A stretch of DNA of 59,194 nucleotides, the filler included. It is 4 parts of 4 records of this genome, joined end to end, with 100 filler letters (N's around TTAATTAATTAA, not from the genome) between each part and the next. Parts side by side here need not be neighbours in the genome. Positions count along the whole stretch, not along the records: positions 13,494 to 28,054 come from SRR31147125_4357; positions 28,155 to 46,855 come from SRR31147125_4362; 2 more parts are not named here. One strand, written 5' to 3'. Of this stretch, positions 19,310-28,350 are shown piece after piece (position 1 is the stretch's first letter; every line of letters begins with the position of its first letter). Made by a program: the position numbers and the translations under genes. The notes beneath the pieces are model-generated. The model ran no database searches and was not told the origin of the DNA. It saw only the letters and a program-made list of their open reading frames with translations.

Positions 19310-20356
19310 CTACATCGGCTGAGCGGGAATACAGATTTCGACAATTCTCAAACCTTTTTCCTTCAGTTTTTCCTGCTCTGCATATTCTTCCTTGCTGTTC
19401 GGCATGGGGTATCTTTCCAGGGCTGTATGATCCGCGGGAATGAATCCACTGCGGGGCAGCCATACACTGTACAACCACCCCCAGGCATCTGAATAATCAT
19501 TTTCTCCCAGTATGAAGCGACAGACGGCGTAACGACCTCCGGTGAATCTCATAAGGCTTACCTCATCAGCAGGATCCCAGGCCGCTTCCGTTTCCAGAGA
19601 GACAGCAACCGAAATACGTAGTTTTTCCTCAACCGTTATATCCGGATTGTCATGGTAGAGGGTAAGAATCTGGGTTTTGGGATTGGTAAAAATGCCGCGG
19701 GGTCCAGCCCAAAGCCCAAGTTTATGCCACAGGCTGCCAAACAGGTCGGAATCGCCTTTATAGGGTCCGACATACCGGATGTACGCTAAGGTCATGTCGG
19801 GTATATCGGTAATGTAAACAGATCTTGTATAATCCTCTCCCCGCACGATATGGCGCTGAGTATTATTTGTATAATCAAATGAAATAGTCGCGGTTGAATC
19901 ATTAATATGTGTAATATAATTTGCTGCGGTTTTCCTATCTGTTCCCGACAATGTTCTGGTCAGTATTTCCTGAAGCTGTAATCCTTCCATTTTTCTCATG
20001 GTGGATGCAGTTACACCGAAATGTTTTTTGAAAGCATTTGCAAATGCAGCCTGTGACTTGAAACCACAATCCAGGGCAATTCGGGTAACCGATAAGCGTT
20101 TATTCTGCAGCAGCAGCGAAGCAGCTTTCTCCAATCGCAGACGCTGAATATAGACTCCCAGTGATTCACCGATACATGCTGAGAATATTCGGTGAAAATG
20201 ATACTGTGAGAAACAGGCAACTTCGGCAACTTTCTGAAGGGTGATTTCATCGTCCAGATGAGTATCGAGGTAATCAATTACACGATTGATGCGGCGGATG
20301 TAGTCCGATCGCGAACGTGTAGAAGACTTTTCGTTTTGTGGTGTGCTTGCCATCAA
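19310..20356 (-). CDS. AraC family regulator with C-terminal GyrI-like effector domain
   Basis: VACFSQYHFHRIF and IALDCGFKSQAAFANAFKKHFG HTH; AYIRYVGPY, YHDNPDIT, GGRYAV, WLPRSG GyrI features. Confidence 0.92.
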   Translation of the reverse strand: MMASTPQNEKSSTRSRSDYIRRINRVIDYLDTHLDDEITLQKVAEVACFSQYHFHRIFSACIGESLGVYIQRLRLEKAASLLLQNKRLSVTRIALDCGFKSQAAFANAFKKHFGVTASTMRKMEGLQLQEILTRTLSGTDRKTAANYITHINDSTATISFDYTNNTQRHIVRGEDYTRSVYITDIPDMTLAYIRYVGPYKGDSDLFGSLWHKLGLWAGPRGIFTNPKTQILTLYHDNPDITVEEKLRISVAVSLETEAAWDPADEVSLMRFTGGRYAVCRFILGENDYSDAWGWLYSVWLPRSGFIPADHTALERYPMPNSKEEYAEQEKLKEKGLRIVEICIPAQPM

Positions 20357-20515
20357 TATGTCCCAGGGGCAGTACTGGACTGCGTTTTATGGGTTATTAT
20401 ATCATAAAACGTTATCCCACCAATGCCAGAAACTTCTGCAGTTAAGCCGGTTACGTTGAAGAATTTCTGCGGAAAGCAGTTAATGGTGAATGTTTCAGAA
20501 TCTAAGTAATTAAGA

Positions 20516-20941
20516 CTAAAATGGCTTTTCCCACCGGAGGCCATTAAACCTACCGAAATCAGCATCCAATGTAAAAACTTTTGCTCCATGCTCAATCGCT
20601 ATAGCAGCTAAATGCATGTCTGAAGTAAGATTACCTGCTGTCCCACACTCAGTAATAAGTTCTTTCATGATTTTCCAATGGTTTGCATCAGGTGCAGGGG
20701 TTCGACTTAAAGGGTTTTGAAGCCATTGATCAATAATATCAATCGCCTGAACTTCAGTTAGTGGATGGGGAAAGATCTTTCCATTGGTCATTATTCTTAT
20801 AAACCCTAACAAGACAATCCAGGGGAATCCAATATTTTCAGATCCATTAAATTGTTTCTCCAGCCAGGTTTTAGCTTGGCTATGGTGAGCAGAGTCATTA
20901 TCTACAGCATATATTAGCAGGTTGAGATCAATAATTTTCAT
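20516..20941 (-). CDS. vapC: VapC PIN-domain toxin
   Basis: IIDLNLLIYA, GNLTSDMHLAAIAIEHGA, TLDADFGRF. Confidence 0.92.
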   Translation of the reverse strand: MKIIDLNLLIYAVDNDSAHHSQAKTWLEKQFNGSENIGFPWIVLLGFIRIMTNGKIFPHPLTEVQAIDIIDQWLQNPLSRTPAPDANHWKIMKELITECGTAGNLTSDMHLAAIAIEHGAKVFTLDADFGRFNGLRWEKPF

Positions 20942-21207
20942 TTTCTCAAATCCAATTTTCTTTTTATTTCAGCTACTTCCAAATCACCAGCTGATTCCAG
21001 TGCTTTTATTAAATCATATTCACTATAGGGCTTACCCATTGAGTAAGTTTTTTGCTTAAATTCCTGATCTGGTTTTTTTGATAGAATTGATTTAATTCCG
21101 GAAGCTAATACAAAGTTGATAGCTGCTTTAATAGATATTTGTCGGTTTTGAGATAGTGCCTTTATTTCTTGATAGATTGAATCTTCTAATGTTATTGTAG
21201 TTCGCAT
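20938..21207 (-). CDS. vapB: VapB-type antitoxin (RHH-like)
   Basis: MRTTITLED N-terminus; ATGA overlap with vapC. Confidence 0.82.
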   Translation of the reverse strand: MRTTITLEDSIYQEIKALSQNRQISIKAAINFVLASGIKSILSKKPDQEFKQKTYSMGKPYSEYDLIKALESAGDLEVAEIKRKLDLRK

Positions 21208-21211
21208 ATAA

Positions 21212-21242
21212 ACATCATAATACAATAGTATTATGATGTCAA
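21212..21242 (-). promoter_or_regulatory. vapBC promoter with overlapping palindromic operator
   Basis: TTGACA (21242-21237)-N17-TATGAT (21219-21214); perfect 12-bp inverted repeat ACATCATAATAC-N4-GTATTATGATGT (21212-21239). Confidence 0.8.
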
Positions 21243-21324
21243 TAAATAAGATGATTAGCATCTAAGCATCAAGTATGTACATAATGTAAATACTGTAAAC
21301 TAAGAAGCTAATAAAAATAAAAGC

Positions 21325-21366
21325 TTGACAGCTCAAAGTGCCCATGATAGTCTGCTGTCAGACAAT
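21325..21366 (+). promoter_or_regulatory. Promoter of FadR-family gene with operator 1
   Basis: TTGACA-N17-TAGTCT (TGn-extended), followed by TGCTGTCAGACAAT (21353-21366). Confidence 0.7.
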
Positions 21367-21386
21367 CGAACAAAAAGGAACCAGTT

Positions 21387-22094
21387 TTGCTGAAAGTTGA
21401 AAAAATATCTGTAATAGATCAGGTAATTCAACAGATTGAGAACTCCATCACCAATGGTGAATATACTGTCGGCCAAAAAATGCCCGCGGAACTGGAGTTG
21501 TGCAAAACACTGGGAGTGGGAAGATCAACCATACGTGAAGCCTACAGAATGCTGCAGGCCTTCGGAATGATTGAACTGCGTCCGGGTAAAGGAGCCTTTG
21601 TAAAATCTGAAACACGCAATACCAGTACCGATGCATCAATTAAAGACTGGTTTATTGAGAAAGAGGCGGAACTGACAGACCTCATGGAAGTCAGGATGGC
21701 AGTTGAACCGCTGGCCGTGCGTCTGGCTATTAGAAAGGGAACGGATGAACAGATAGATCGTATAGTGAAGCTGAACAATAAGTTTCAAGCAGCTTCCGAT
21801 AACAAAAATCTGGTTGAACTGGTTGAGCTGGATGAAAACTTTCATACAGCAATTGTGGAGGCCAGCAATAACAACCTGATGATTAAAATAAATCGACTTA
21901 TTGCTAATGCCTTTAAGGAGTATAGAACAAAGTCGTTTGCAGTCGGGTGGGGCGGAGAACATGCCAGCCAGCCGCATGACAAAATCGTGGAAGCAATACT
22001 GAAAAAAGATGAAAAGATGGGAATAGACAATATGAATATACACCTGCAGATTTCGATGCAGGATATTGAATATGTGGTAGGGAAGAAAGAGTAA
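21387..22094 (+). CDS. GntR/FadR family transcriptional regulator
   Basis: PAELELCKTLGVGRSTIREA wHTH; FCD domain with EVRMAVE and DENFHTAIVEASNN. Confidence 0.93.
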   Translation: MLKVEKISVIDQVIQQIENSITNGEYTVGQKMPAELELCKTLGVGRSTIREAYRMLQAFGMIELRPGKGAFVKSETRNTSTDASIKDWFIEKEAELTDLMEVRMAVEPLAVRLAIRKGTDEQIDRIVKLNNKFQAASDNKNLVELVELDENFHTAIVEASNNNLMIKINRLIANAFKEYRTKSFAVGWGGEHASQPHDKIVEAILKKDEKMGIDNMNIHLQISMQDIEYVVGKKE

Positions 22095-22116
22095 GATAAC
22101 TTTTTATTTCCCTACC

Positions 22117-22130
22117 ATTGTCTGACAGCA
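22117..22130. promoter_or_regulatory. FadR-type operator 2 upstream of tctC
   Basis: ATTGTCTGACAGCA is the exact reverse complement of 21353-21366; core TGTC-N-GACA. Confidence 0.72.
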
Positions 22131-22149
22131 TACAAAGCAAGGAGGAAGT

Positions 22150-23130
22150 ATGTTCAAGAAAGCACTATTAGTATTAGTTTTGGTAATCGGAATGGCCTCG
22201 ATGGTATTTGCCGCGGGACAAGAAGAAGCAGCTCAGGCTGATGGCCCATGGGTACCGGAAAAAACCATTAAGTTGATCGTGCCCTGGTCAGCAGGTGGTG
22301 GAACCGACACACTGGCTCGTGCATTGGCTAAACACGGTGAAGAGTACTTCGGAGTACCCGTTGTTGTAGAAAATGTTGAAGGCGCAATGGGAGGAATCGG
22401 AGCTCAGAGAGTTAAGAACGCTAAAGCAGATGGGTATGAAATGCTGGTTATGTCCGGTTTCGTAAGTTGGATTGGCATGGTTCTGGATTACCCTGTAGCT
22501 GTAGAGGATTATACTCCTGTAATGAACCTTAACAGGGACCCGGCTGCCTTTGCAGTAGATTATGACAGTGACATCATGAACCTTGACGATCTGAAAGAGT
22601 ACTGCCTGGCGAACCCCGGTGAATTCTCAGTATCACACTCAGGCGACGGTGGAACCTGGCATATTGCCGGTGTAAGTCTTGCCGACAGCCTTGGCGTAGA
22701 TATGAACTTTGTACCGTTTAACGGAACTGCCCCCGGTGTAGCCGCCGTTATGGGTGGAAAAATTGATGGCGTAAGCGGTGGAGCCGCTGAGTTTGTTTCC
22801 CAGGCACTGGGCAATGAAATCAGAGTACTTGCTGTACTCTCAGAAGATACTTTTGGACCACTTCCCAATGTACCGACAGCACACGACATGGGATACGATA
22901 TGGAGTTCTATACCACCAGAGGACTGGTAGCCCCCAAAGGACTCGATCCGGAAATTGCTGAAGCTCTTGCTGAAGGATTTACAAAAATCATGCAGGAACC
23001 AGAATTTATTGAGACCATGGGCAACATAGGACTGGGAATACATATTCTGCAGCCGGCGGAATATAGTGAATTCCTGGCTGGCCTTGTAGGAACCGCAAAA
23101 AAATCCCTCGAAAAGGTTGGATTGCTATAG
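22150..23130 (+). CDS. tctC: Tripartite tricarboxylate transporter substrate-binding protein
   Basis: IVPWSAGGGTDTLAR, VENVEGAMGGIG, ADGYEM, RGLVAPKG; signal peptide. Confidence 0.92.
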   Translation: MFKKALLVLVLVIGMASMVFAAGQEEAAQADGPWVPEKTIKLIVPWSAGGGTDTLARALAKHGEEYFGVPVVVENVEGAMGGIGAQRVKNAKADGYEMLVMSGFVSWIGMVLDYPVAVEDYTPVMNLNRDPAAFAVDYDSDIMNLDDLKEYCLANPGEFSVSHSGDGGTWHIAGVSLADSLGVDMNFVPFNGTAPGVAAVMGGKIDGVSGGAAEFVSQALGNEIRVLAVLSEDTFGPLPNVPTAHDMGYDMEFYTTRGLVAPKGLDPEIAEALAEGFTKIMQEPEFIETMGNIGLGIHILQPAEYSEFLAGLVGTAKKSLEKVGLL

Positions 23131-23147
23131 GATTACTATAAAATAGG

Positions 23148-23196
23148 AATTGCATATCACTTGGTGTATGATGTTCATATGCCAAGTGACGCAATT
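23148..23196 (+). other. Intercistronic stem-loop after tctC
   Basis: TCACTTGGTGTATGA-TGT-TCATATGCCAAGTGA (15 bp, two G-U pairs) extended by AATTGC/GCAATT. Confidence 0.7.
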
Positions 23197-23216
23197 TTCA
23201 AAGAGAGGGGTAAGAC

Positions 23217-23705
23217 GTGTCGCAGCCTAAGGAAAAAAGCAGGACCGATATAATCGTATCGGTGATATTAATAGTATTGGGAGTTTCTACCATACTGTAC
23301 TCTCTATCATTTCCTGAAAGTGATAGGAGTGTCGGGGTATCTACTTTCCCAAGGATACTGGCGGGAATAATCATCGGATTATCGATCTTACAGATTGTTA
23401 TGGTCGTTATCAAAAAAGATGGCGGAGTCCCCCATCCCTTCAGAATTCCAAAAAGAGTACTGATTCTCATCGGTGCAAGCATTGGCCTGGTTGTTATCTA
23501 TATTATTATTATCAAACTGCTGGGATTTCTGCTTTCAACCATTCTATTTCTTGTGGCGCTGGTCATGCTTTTTGGTGAAAGATCACCGCTGAGGATTGCA
23601 ATCGTATCACTCTCGGTTACCGTCGCAATATATCTGGTTTTTCATGTTCTGGCCCGGGTTCCCTTCCCGGAAGGAGTTCTCGAGAAGCTCCTGCATCTTA
23701 CCTAA
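23217..23705 (+). CDS. tctB: Tripartite tricarboxylate transporter small subunit
   Basis: Several TM helices; FPRIL, LGFLLST, VPFPEG; lies between tctC and tctA. Confidence 0.88.
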   Translation: MSQPKEKSRTDIIVSVILIVLGVSTILYSLSFPESDRSVGVSTFPRILAGIIIGLSILQIVMVVIKKDGGVPHPFRIPKRVLILIGASIGLVVIYIIIIKLLGFLLSTILFLVALVMLFGERSPLRIAIVSLSVTVAIYLVFHVLARVPFPEGVLEKLLHLT

Positions 23706-23718
23706 GGAGAACGGCACT

Positions 23719-25227
23719 ATGTTTGAACTGCTTGGACAGGGTTTTTTAACGATATTTCTACAGCCCTTAAACATCCTGCTGATTTTTCTCGGCGTAGGGA
23801 TAGGAATAATTCTAGGTGCTATGCCCGGGTTGACAGCAACCATGGGAATAGCAATCGCGCTGCCGCTTACCTTCGGAATGCCGCCCGAAAGTGGACTGAC
23901 ACTGCTGTGCAGTATTTTTATCGGCGGTATCCACGGCGGTGGTATCCCGGGGATATTGATAAAAACACCGGGAACTCCAGCATCCGCGGCGTCAATGATT
24001 GATGGATATGAACTGAGCAGAATGGGTAAAGCCAGCCTTGCATTAGGGGTACACGCTTTTTCCTCATCAACCGGTTCATTTCTCGCAACTATTCTCCTGA
24101 TTTTCGGCTCGGCTTTTATAGCTAAGTTTGCCCTGAATTTCGGACCGGCTGAATTTTTCCTTCTGGCCCTTTTTGGCCTGAGTGTTGTATCTTCAGTTAC
24201 CGGTAAATCGACAATTAAGGGTCTGCTGATGGCCGGTCTTGGGCTACTGTTGGCTACAGTCGGCATGGATCCAATCAAAGGATTTTCACGTTTCACATTC
24301 GGCAGGTTTGAGCTGATGGACGGATTCAATCTTGTCCCGGCACTGATCGGTCTGTTTGCCATTTCACAGGTTATGGCTGAGCTGGAGAGTGTCCATATTC
24401 CTATCGTGAAAACAGACAAAGTGAAGGTAAATCTGCCCAACAGGAAAGAGATTCTGCACCTGATGCCGACAATCATCAAATCAAGTGTTATCGGTACATT
24501 AATCGGCGCGATTCCCGGTCCGGGGGCCATTCTCGGCTCATTTATCCCCTATGCCGAGGCGAAACGGGCTTCCAAGCATCCGGAGGAGTTCGGTAAAGGC
24601 TCTTTAGAGGGAGTAGCAGCAGCGGAAGCGGGCAACAATTCAGCCGCTATCGGAGCATTGATTCCCACATTGACATTGGGTATTCCAGGAGAGGCTGCAA
24701 CAGCTGTGCTGATTGGCGGATTAATGATACTCGGGCTGCGTCCGGGACCGATGCTGTTTGTGGAAAACGCCAACGTTGTCTATTCACTGTTTGCCAGCGT
24801 GCTTGTAGCTGCGGTTGTACTACTGCTGCTGGGACTCTTTATGGCGCAGTATATGGGGAAAATCATTATTCTGCCCAAAAAGTATCTGCTTACCATCGTA
24901 CTGCTGCTCTGCATGATCGGCTCGTACGCGATACGCAACAGCGTGTTTGATATGGGTGTTGCCGTAGGATTTGGTATCCTTGGATACATTTTGAAACGGA
25001 TAGATTACCCCACGGTTCCGGTATTACTGGGGTTGATTCTTGGTCCGATAGCGGAGAGTAATTTCCGGCGTGCTCTGCTTATTTCGAAGGGTAATCTGGG
25101 AATATTCTTAAGCAGCGGCTTTTGCTATGGGTTAATAATCCTGACCATCCTCTCTCTGGTTTTTGGGTATCGTCTTACTACAGCCCTGAACAGACAGGCT
25201 GAAGAAGCCGGGATTTCCGAGGAATAG
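23719..25227 (+). CDS. tctA: Tripartite tricarboxylate transporter large subunit
   Basis: GAMPGLTATM, TPGTPAS, AEAGNNS, LGIPGEA, GLRPGP; AAGGAG RBS before ATG 23719. Confidence 0.93.
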   Translation: MFELLGQGFLTIFLQPLNILLIFLGVGIGIILGAMPGLTATMGIAIALPLTFGMPPESGLTLLCSIFIGGIHGGGIPGILIKTPGTPASAASMIDGYELSRMGKASLALGVHAFSSSTGSFLATILLIFGSAFIAKFALNFGPAEFFLLALFGLSVVSSVTGKSTIKGLLMAGLGLLLATVGMDPIKGFSRFTFGRFELMDGFNLVPALIGLFAISQVMAELESVHIPIVKTDKVKVNLPNRKEILHLMPTIIKSSVIGTLIGAIPGPGAILGSFIPYAEAKRASKHPEEFGKGSLEGVAAAEAGNNSAAIGALIPTLTLGIPGEAATAVLIGGLMILGLRPGPMLFVENANVVYSLFASVLVAAVVLLLLGLFMAQYMGKIIILPKKYLLTIVLLLCMIGSYAIRNSVFDMGVAVGFGILGYILKRIDYPTVPVLLGLILGPIAESNFRRALLISKGNLGIFLSSGFCYGLIILTILSLVFGYRLTTALNRQAEEAGISEE

Positions 25228-25237
25228 GGAATAGAGC

Positions 25238-26314
25238 ATGAACTCACATGAGAGAGTGCTTACTGCGCTGTCTGGTGGAACTTGTGATCGTGTTCCGGTG
25301 GGTCCCTTTATCGGCTACAGAGCTGCATCAGAGGCTGGATTTACTCTTAAAGAGTATTACACAGATGGAGACAAGATCGCGGAAGCTCAGCTTGCGGTGA
25401 TGCGGAAGGTGGGTCACGATATAGCAGTTACTGCTGCCGATACCTACTATATTTCCGAAGCTTTCGGGATGGAAACAGAGCATCATGATAACGCCCTCCC
25501 TACCGTAAAGAGACCGTTGTTCTCTGCGTTACAGGAGAGCAGAAAGCTGCATGTGCCGAACCCTGAGACAGACGGCAGAATGCCTGTCTACTTACAGGCT
25601 GTTGAGCGGATGAAAGAATTGATCGGGAACAAGGCGGCTGTACGGGGCACCGGAACAGGACCCTTTTCTCTGGCTGCATATCTGTTTGGCGAGTCAGAAT
25701 TTCTCATGCACCTGGCAGATATTGAACTGGGCTACTGTGATACGGAAGATGAAAAATCTTTCAGGATGCTTATGGAGATTACCTCCGATACAACGATAGC
25801 ATTTCTGAAAGCGCAAATTGCCCGGGGCGTGGATATTGCATATATGGGAGATTCCTTTGCATCTGCCGAGATGATTTCACCGGAATTTTACCGTAATTAT
25901 GTGTTTCCATACCACAAGAAAGTTTTTGAAGAAGTATCGCCGATGTGCCGACAGTACGGGGCATATACGCTGCTGCATATCTGCGGCGATAACCGGGCTG
26001 TATTCAGGGATTTTGCGGCAACGGGTGTTGATATTATTGAAATAGATCATAAAGTCCCGCTTGGAGAAGCCCGGGAAATTATTGGTAAGCAGACTGCGCT
26101 GATTGGAAATCTTGATCCGGTACATGTTCTGTTGAAGGGTTCACCGGACACAGTTTACAGGATCGCGGAAGCTGCCATGCAAGAGCTGCAGACACAAAAA
26201 GGACAGTGCGGAAAGTTCATATTGGGATCTGGATGCTTTGTCCCGCTGGGAACACCGATTGATAATCTGCGGGCTATGGTTACGGCAGCTGAACGATTTG
26301 CTGAAATAGAATAA
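25238..26314 (+). CDS. UROD/MtaA-CmuA superfamily protein (methylcobamide methyltransferase-like)
   Basis: DRVPV, GRMP, GPFSLA, LHICG (HxC), GNLDP, ILGSGC (third Zn ligand). Confidence 0.85.
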   Translation: MNSHERVLTALSGGTCDRVPVGPFIGYRAASEAGFTLKEYYTDGDKIAEAQLAVMRKVGHDIAVTAADTYYISEAFGMETEHHDNALPTVKRPLFSALQESRKLHVPNPETDGRMPVYLQAVERMKELIGNKAAVRGTGTGPFSLAAYLFGESEFLMHLADIELGYCDTEDEKSFRMLMEITSDTTIAFLKAQIARGVDIAYMGDSFASAEMISPEFYRNYVFPYHKKVFEEVSPMCRQYGAYTLLHICGDNRAVFRDFAATGVDIIEIDHKVPLGEAREIIGKQTALIGNLDPVHVLLKGSPDTVYRIAEAAMQELQTQKGQCGKFILGSGCFVPLGTPIDNLRAMVTAAERFAEIE

Positions 26315-26422
26315 TGATTTGCCAGGCAGTGACTTCCGGCAATGTACATAAAAAAGAAGTAAAGTACGGGATTTCCGGTAAATATCCCGTTACGCTATAT
26401 ATAATTATACTAGGAGAAAAAA

Positions 26423-27343
26423 ATGAGCTTTGACAAAGAACAGTTTGGACAGATACTGGTTCCTATGGTAACCCCCTTCAAGGAAGACCAAAGTATTGAT
26501 TTTGATTTAGTGAAAGGTTTGATTGACCATCTGATATCATCAGGTAATGCCGATTCAATTATTTTATCCGGAACCACCGGTGAGTTTCACACAATGTCTT
26601 TCAATGAACGGGTGGAGTTGCTTACGATCGCAAAAGAGCATGCTGCCGGCAGAATACCACTAGTTGCCGGAGTTGGGTGTGCCTCCACAATTGAGACAAT
26701 CGAGCTGGTAAAAAAAGCGCAGGAGCTCGGTTATGATACGGTGATGGTAGTTGCCCCGTATTATACGAAACCCAACCAGGCCGAGCTGCTGACGCATTTC
26801 ACGAAAGTTGCGGAAGCTGTCACCATCAATATTATGCTCTATAATATTCCCATCTTTACCGGCGTGAACATCGATCCTGTTACCGTTGCTGAGTTGGCAA
26901 AAATCGATAATATTGTTGCTATCAAGGAAGAAGCGGAACTGAATCCGAAACAGATTACTGGATTCCTGAATACGACCCCGGAAGATTTTATTATCTACAA
27001 TGGTGATGATACGATGATCCTGGAGTGTTTCGCTCAGGGCGGTCCGGCAAGAGTTGGCGGAGTTATCAGTGGGGCATCACATGTTTTTGGACAGTATATA
27101 AAGAGTATGGTAGGCACATTTCTGGATGGAAACATACAGGAAGCTGCAGCTATGCAGCGCAAACTTTACCCTGTCTTGAAAATCATGGGCCAGAACAATC
27201 GAACCAATCCGGTGTGTCTCTGGAAAGAGGCTATGCGGCTGGTGGGTATAGACGCTGGCGTTCCAAGGGGTCCTCTTTCACCTGGTACAGCTGAAGAAGT
27301 AGCCAATGTTAAGAAAGCGTTAACAGATTTCGGAATCTTATAG
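26423..27343 (+). CDS. DHDPS/NAL family class I aldolase/lyase (not canonical DapA)
   Basis: GTTGE, APYY, YNIPIFTG, Schiff-base Lys in AIKEE; lacks the DapA Arg of YNVPxRT. Confidence 0.85.
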   Translation: MSFDKEQFGQILVPMVTPFKEDQSIDFDLVKGLIDHLISSGNADSIILSGTTGEFHTMSFNERVELLTIAKEHAAGRIPLVAGVGCASTIETIELVKKAQELGYDTVMVVAPYYTKPNQAELLTHFTKVAEAVTINIMLYNIPIFTGVNIDPVTVAELAKIDNIVAIKEEAELNPKQITGFLNTTPEDFIIYNGDDTMILECFAQGGPARVGGVISGASHVFGQYIKSMVGTFLDGNIQEAAAMQRKLYPVLKIMGQNNRTNPVCLWKEAMRLVGIDAGVPRGPLSPGTAEEVANVKKALTDFGIL

Positions 27344-27358
27344 GGTTTGGGGAAGGTT

Positions 27359-28054
27359 ATGGATATAAAAAGATTCGAGGGGATGTTTCCACCAGTGGTT
27401 GTCCCCTTCAATAAAGATGAAACCATTAATGAGAATGCACTCAGGGCAGAAGCTCGGTTTTTACTGTCGACAGCTGTTGATGGCATTAGCTCAGGCGGCA
27501 GTACCGGGGAAGGTGCGCTGCTATCCGACAAGGAGCTGCTGCGCTGCCTCGAGATTATCCAGGAAGAGAATGATCAGAAAAAACCACTGGTAGCGGGTAT
27601 TATCAGAAACTCCACGAGAGAGGTGGTCCCCGCGGCGCTGGATGCCAAAGCGGCTGGTGCTGATGCCCTGCTGATAACTCCCGTTTTCTATCACGGGGCG
27701 ACTGAAGACGGGAATTATGAGTTTTTCCGGGAAATTGCGGAAAAAACAGGGCTGCCGATTATCATCTACAATGTTGTTCCAACAAATATCATTTCACCGG
27801 AACTGTTTTTCAGGATTGCCGAGATTGATGAAGTGATAGGCATTAAGCAGGTCGATCCGGTTAAGTTATCGGAAATCGCAGCTGTTTGTCCTGAGACAAA
27901 ACGAGTCTGGGCCGCCTGTGACCAGATGCTGTACAGCTGTTATGTTGCCGGAGCCAGCGGGGCAATTTCCGCATTAGTGACTATTGCTCCCGAATTGTGC
28001 TCCAAGCAGTGGAAAGCTTTCAGGGAAGGGGATCAGGCTACAGCGATGCGGATC
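27359..28054 (+). CDS. Second DHDPS/NAL family aldolase, 3'-truncated
   Basis: GGSTGE, PVFY, YNVVPTN, GIKQ; runs into the gap. Confidence 0.85.
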
Positions 28055-28154
28055 NNNNNNNNNNNNNNNNNNNNNNNNNNNNNNNNNNNNNNNNNNNNTT
28101 AATTAATTAANNNNNNNNNNNNNNNNNNNNNNNNNNNNNNNNNNNNNNNNNNNN
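28055..28154. other. Artificial contig spacer
   Basis: 44 N + TTAATTAATTAA + 44 N. Confidence 0.98.
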
Positions 28155-28350
28155 TTTTTTCTTCCATCTACTTCGCCAGACTTTACACAAAACATTCCTG
28201 TTGCCAAACATCGCCAACTAATCGTTCCAACAAACAGCTCAATTGAGCCAATTTTGTATAATTAACCAATTTCCCTGAACCCTCACAAGTAGTCTCAACG
28301 ATGGACCTGTTCAAAACTGGAACCTAATAACAATTTTCAAAGATCCTCAA

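Noticed and set aside
23607..24530. 307-aa antisense ORF over tctA (and similar shadow ORFs elsewhere)
   Set aside because: Mirror of a hydrophobic, Gly/Ala-rich coding strand; no motifs or RBS.
25238..26314. Calling the UROD-fold protein hemE
   Set aside because: Lacks the RQAGR motif of HemE and has the HxC...C Zn ligands of MtaA-like proteins.
26423..28054. Calling the two aldolases dapA
   Set aside because: Both lack the substrate-binding Arg of DapA and sit in a transporter operon without other lysine-pathway genes.
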